Shown: one piece after another, positions 63,480 through 64,000 of the stretch
How the letters are laid out: every line of letters begins with the position of its first letter
Position numbering within the stretch: position 1 is the first letter of the stretch
From: Amoebophrya sp. A120
Taxonomy: Eukaryota; Protista; Dinoflagellata
Assembly (NCBI GenBank): GCA_905178155.1
Contig: CAJINV010000005.1
Span: forward strand, 5,154,667-5,218,666
Direction of reading: 5' to 3'
DNA: 64,000 bases
Position numbers and translations under genes: made by a program
Notes under the pieces: generated by a model
Database searches by the model: none
Seen by the model: the letters and a program-made list of their open reading frames with translations, nothing else
Told to the model about the DNA's origin: nothing

Positions 63480-64000
63480 AGAGAAAGTGACGCTGTGAGA
63501 CCCAGAAATCAATGGACTCCGCCCGTGCGGACTCGTTTCAGGTTTCCCGGGAAACCTTCGGCTTAGCTCGTGCTAAAGTGTGTTGCAACGCAACTTAAAA
63601 CGCGGCGCGCGCATGGACTCCGCTGCTGTTTGTGGGCACAACCGCGCCGCGTCTGTGTTGCAGTCTCTTGTGCCCAAAGCGCCGCAGTCGGCTGCGGATT
63701 GCGAGCAACCTGGCGGCCCCGGCAAACCGGCGCACATTTTCGCCTGGCCTAACTTGGGCCGCTTCAGACGATCTTCCGCCGGTGGCACGGCCTCGCTTTG
63801 CCGTTTTCGGAAGAGGATTCCTCAGAGGATTCCAAAATCCTCTCAGGAATCCTCTGGCCCAATTTGGGCCGTCTTCCGCGCCCTTCCCCCGATGGCACTG
63901 CCCCGATTTCGGGAGAGGTTTCCACAGAGGATTCCTCAGAGGATTCCTCAGAGGATTCCAAAATCCTCTCAGGAATCCTCTGGCCCAATTTGGGCCGTCT
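63480..64000. repeat. GC-rich repetitive insert interrupting a B-family introner; runs off the window
   Basis: The B element starting at 63349 lacks its right TIR. Tandem GAGGATTCCTCA units and a duplicated ~50-bp block occur at ~63822-63872 and ~63950-64000. Confidence 0.55.

Noticed and set aside
1-64000. Autonomous transposase, spliced-leader RNA gene, tRNA or rRNA
   Set aside because: None was recognised by eye. A diverged copy cannot be excluded without HMM or covariance-model searches.

Overview
Eukaryotic genomic DNA. All recognisable genes lie on the + strand, and the ORF track is mostly noise because the real genes are broken up by a dense set of transposon-like, non-canonical introns ('introners'). 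I count about 85 such elements outside a tandem array, plus at least 12 clear copies inside it. Each is about 140-350 bp, usually starts TAT and ends ATA, has family-specific terminal inverted repeats (at least 9 families), is flanked by a 5-bp target-site duplication, lacks GT-AG ends, and carries the same internal 9-mer (TTGTNATGC / GCATNACAA). At least families A, D and F occur in both orientations. Removing each element plus one 5-bp duplicate restores long reading frames: a ~15.6-kb glycosyltransferase family 8 (glycogenin-like) gene with ~39 insertions, a CLN3/battenin-like membrane protein, a two-domain YccF protein, an importin-alpha 5' fragment and three proteins of unknown function. 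A 3147-bp tandem array (7081-20520) is a deleted paralog of the gene at 20954-26331 and provides filled/empty insertion-site pairs. Several GC-rich 0.6-1.1 kb insertions of other kinds are present. The architecture matches the inverted-repeat/direct-repeat non-canonical introns described in the parasitic dinoflagellate Amoebophrya; that organism assignment is an inference. No transposase is visible. Coordinates were read by eye and may be off by a few bases, and splicing is inferred from reading-frame restoration, not from RNA data.
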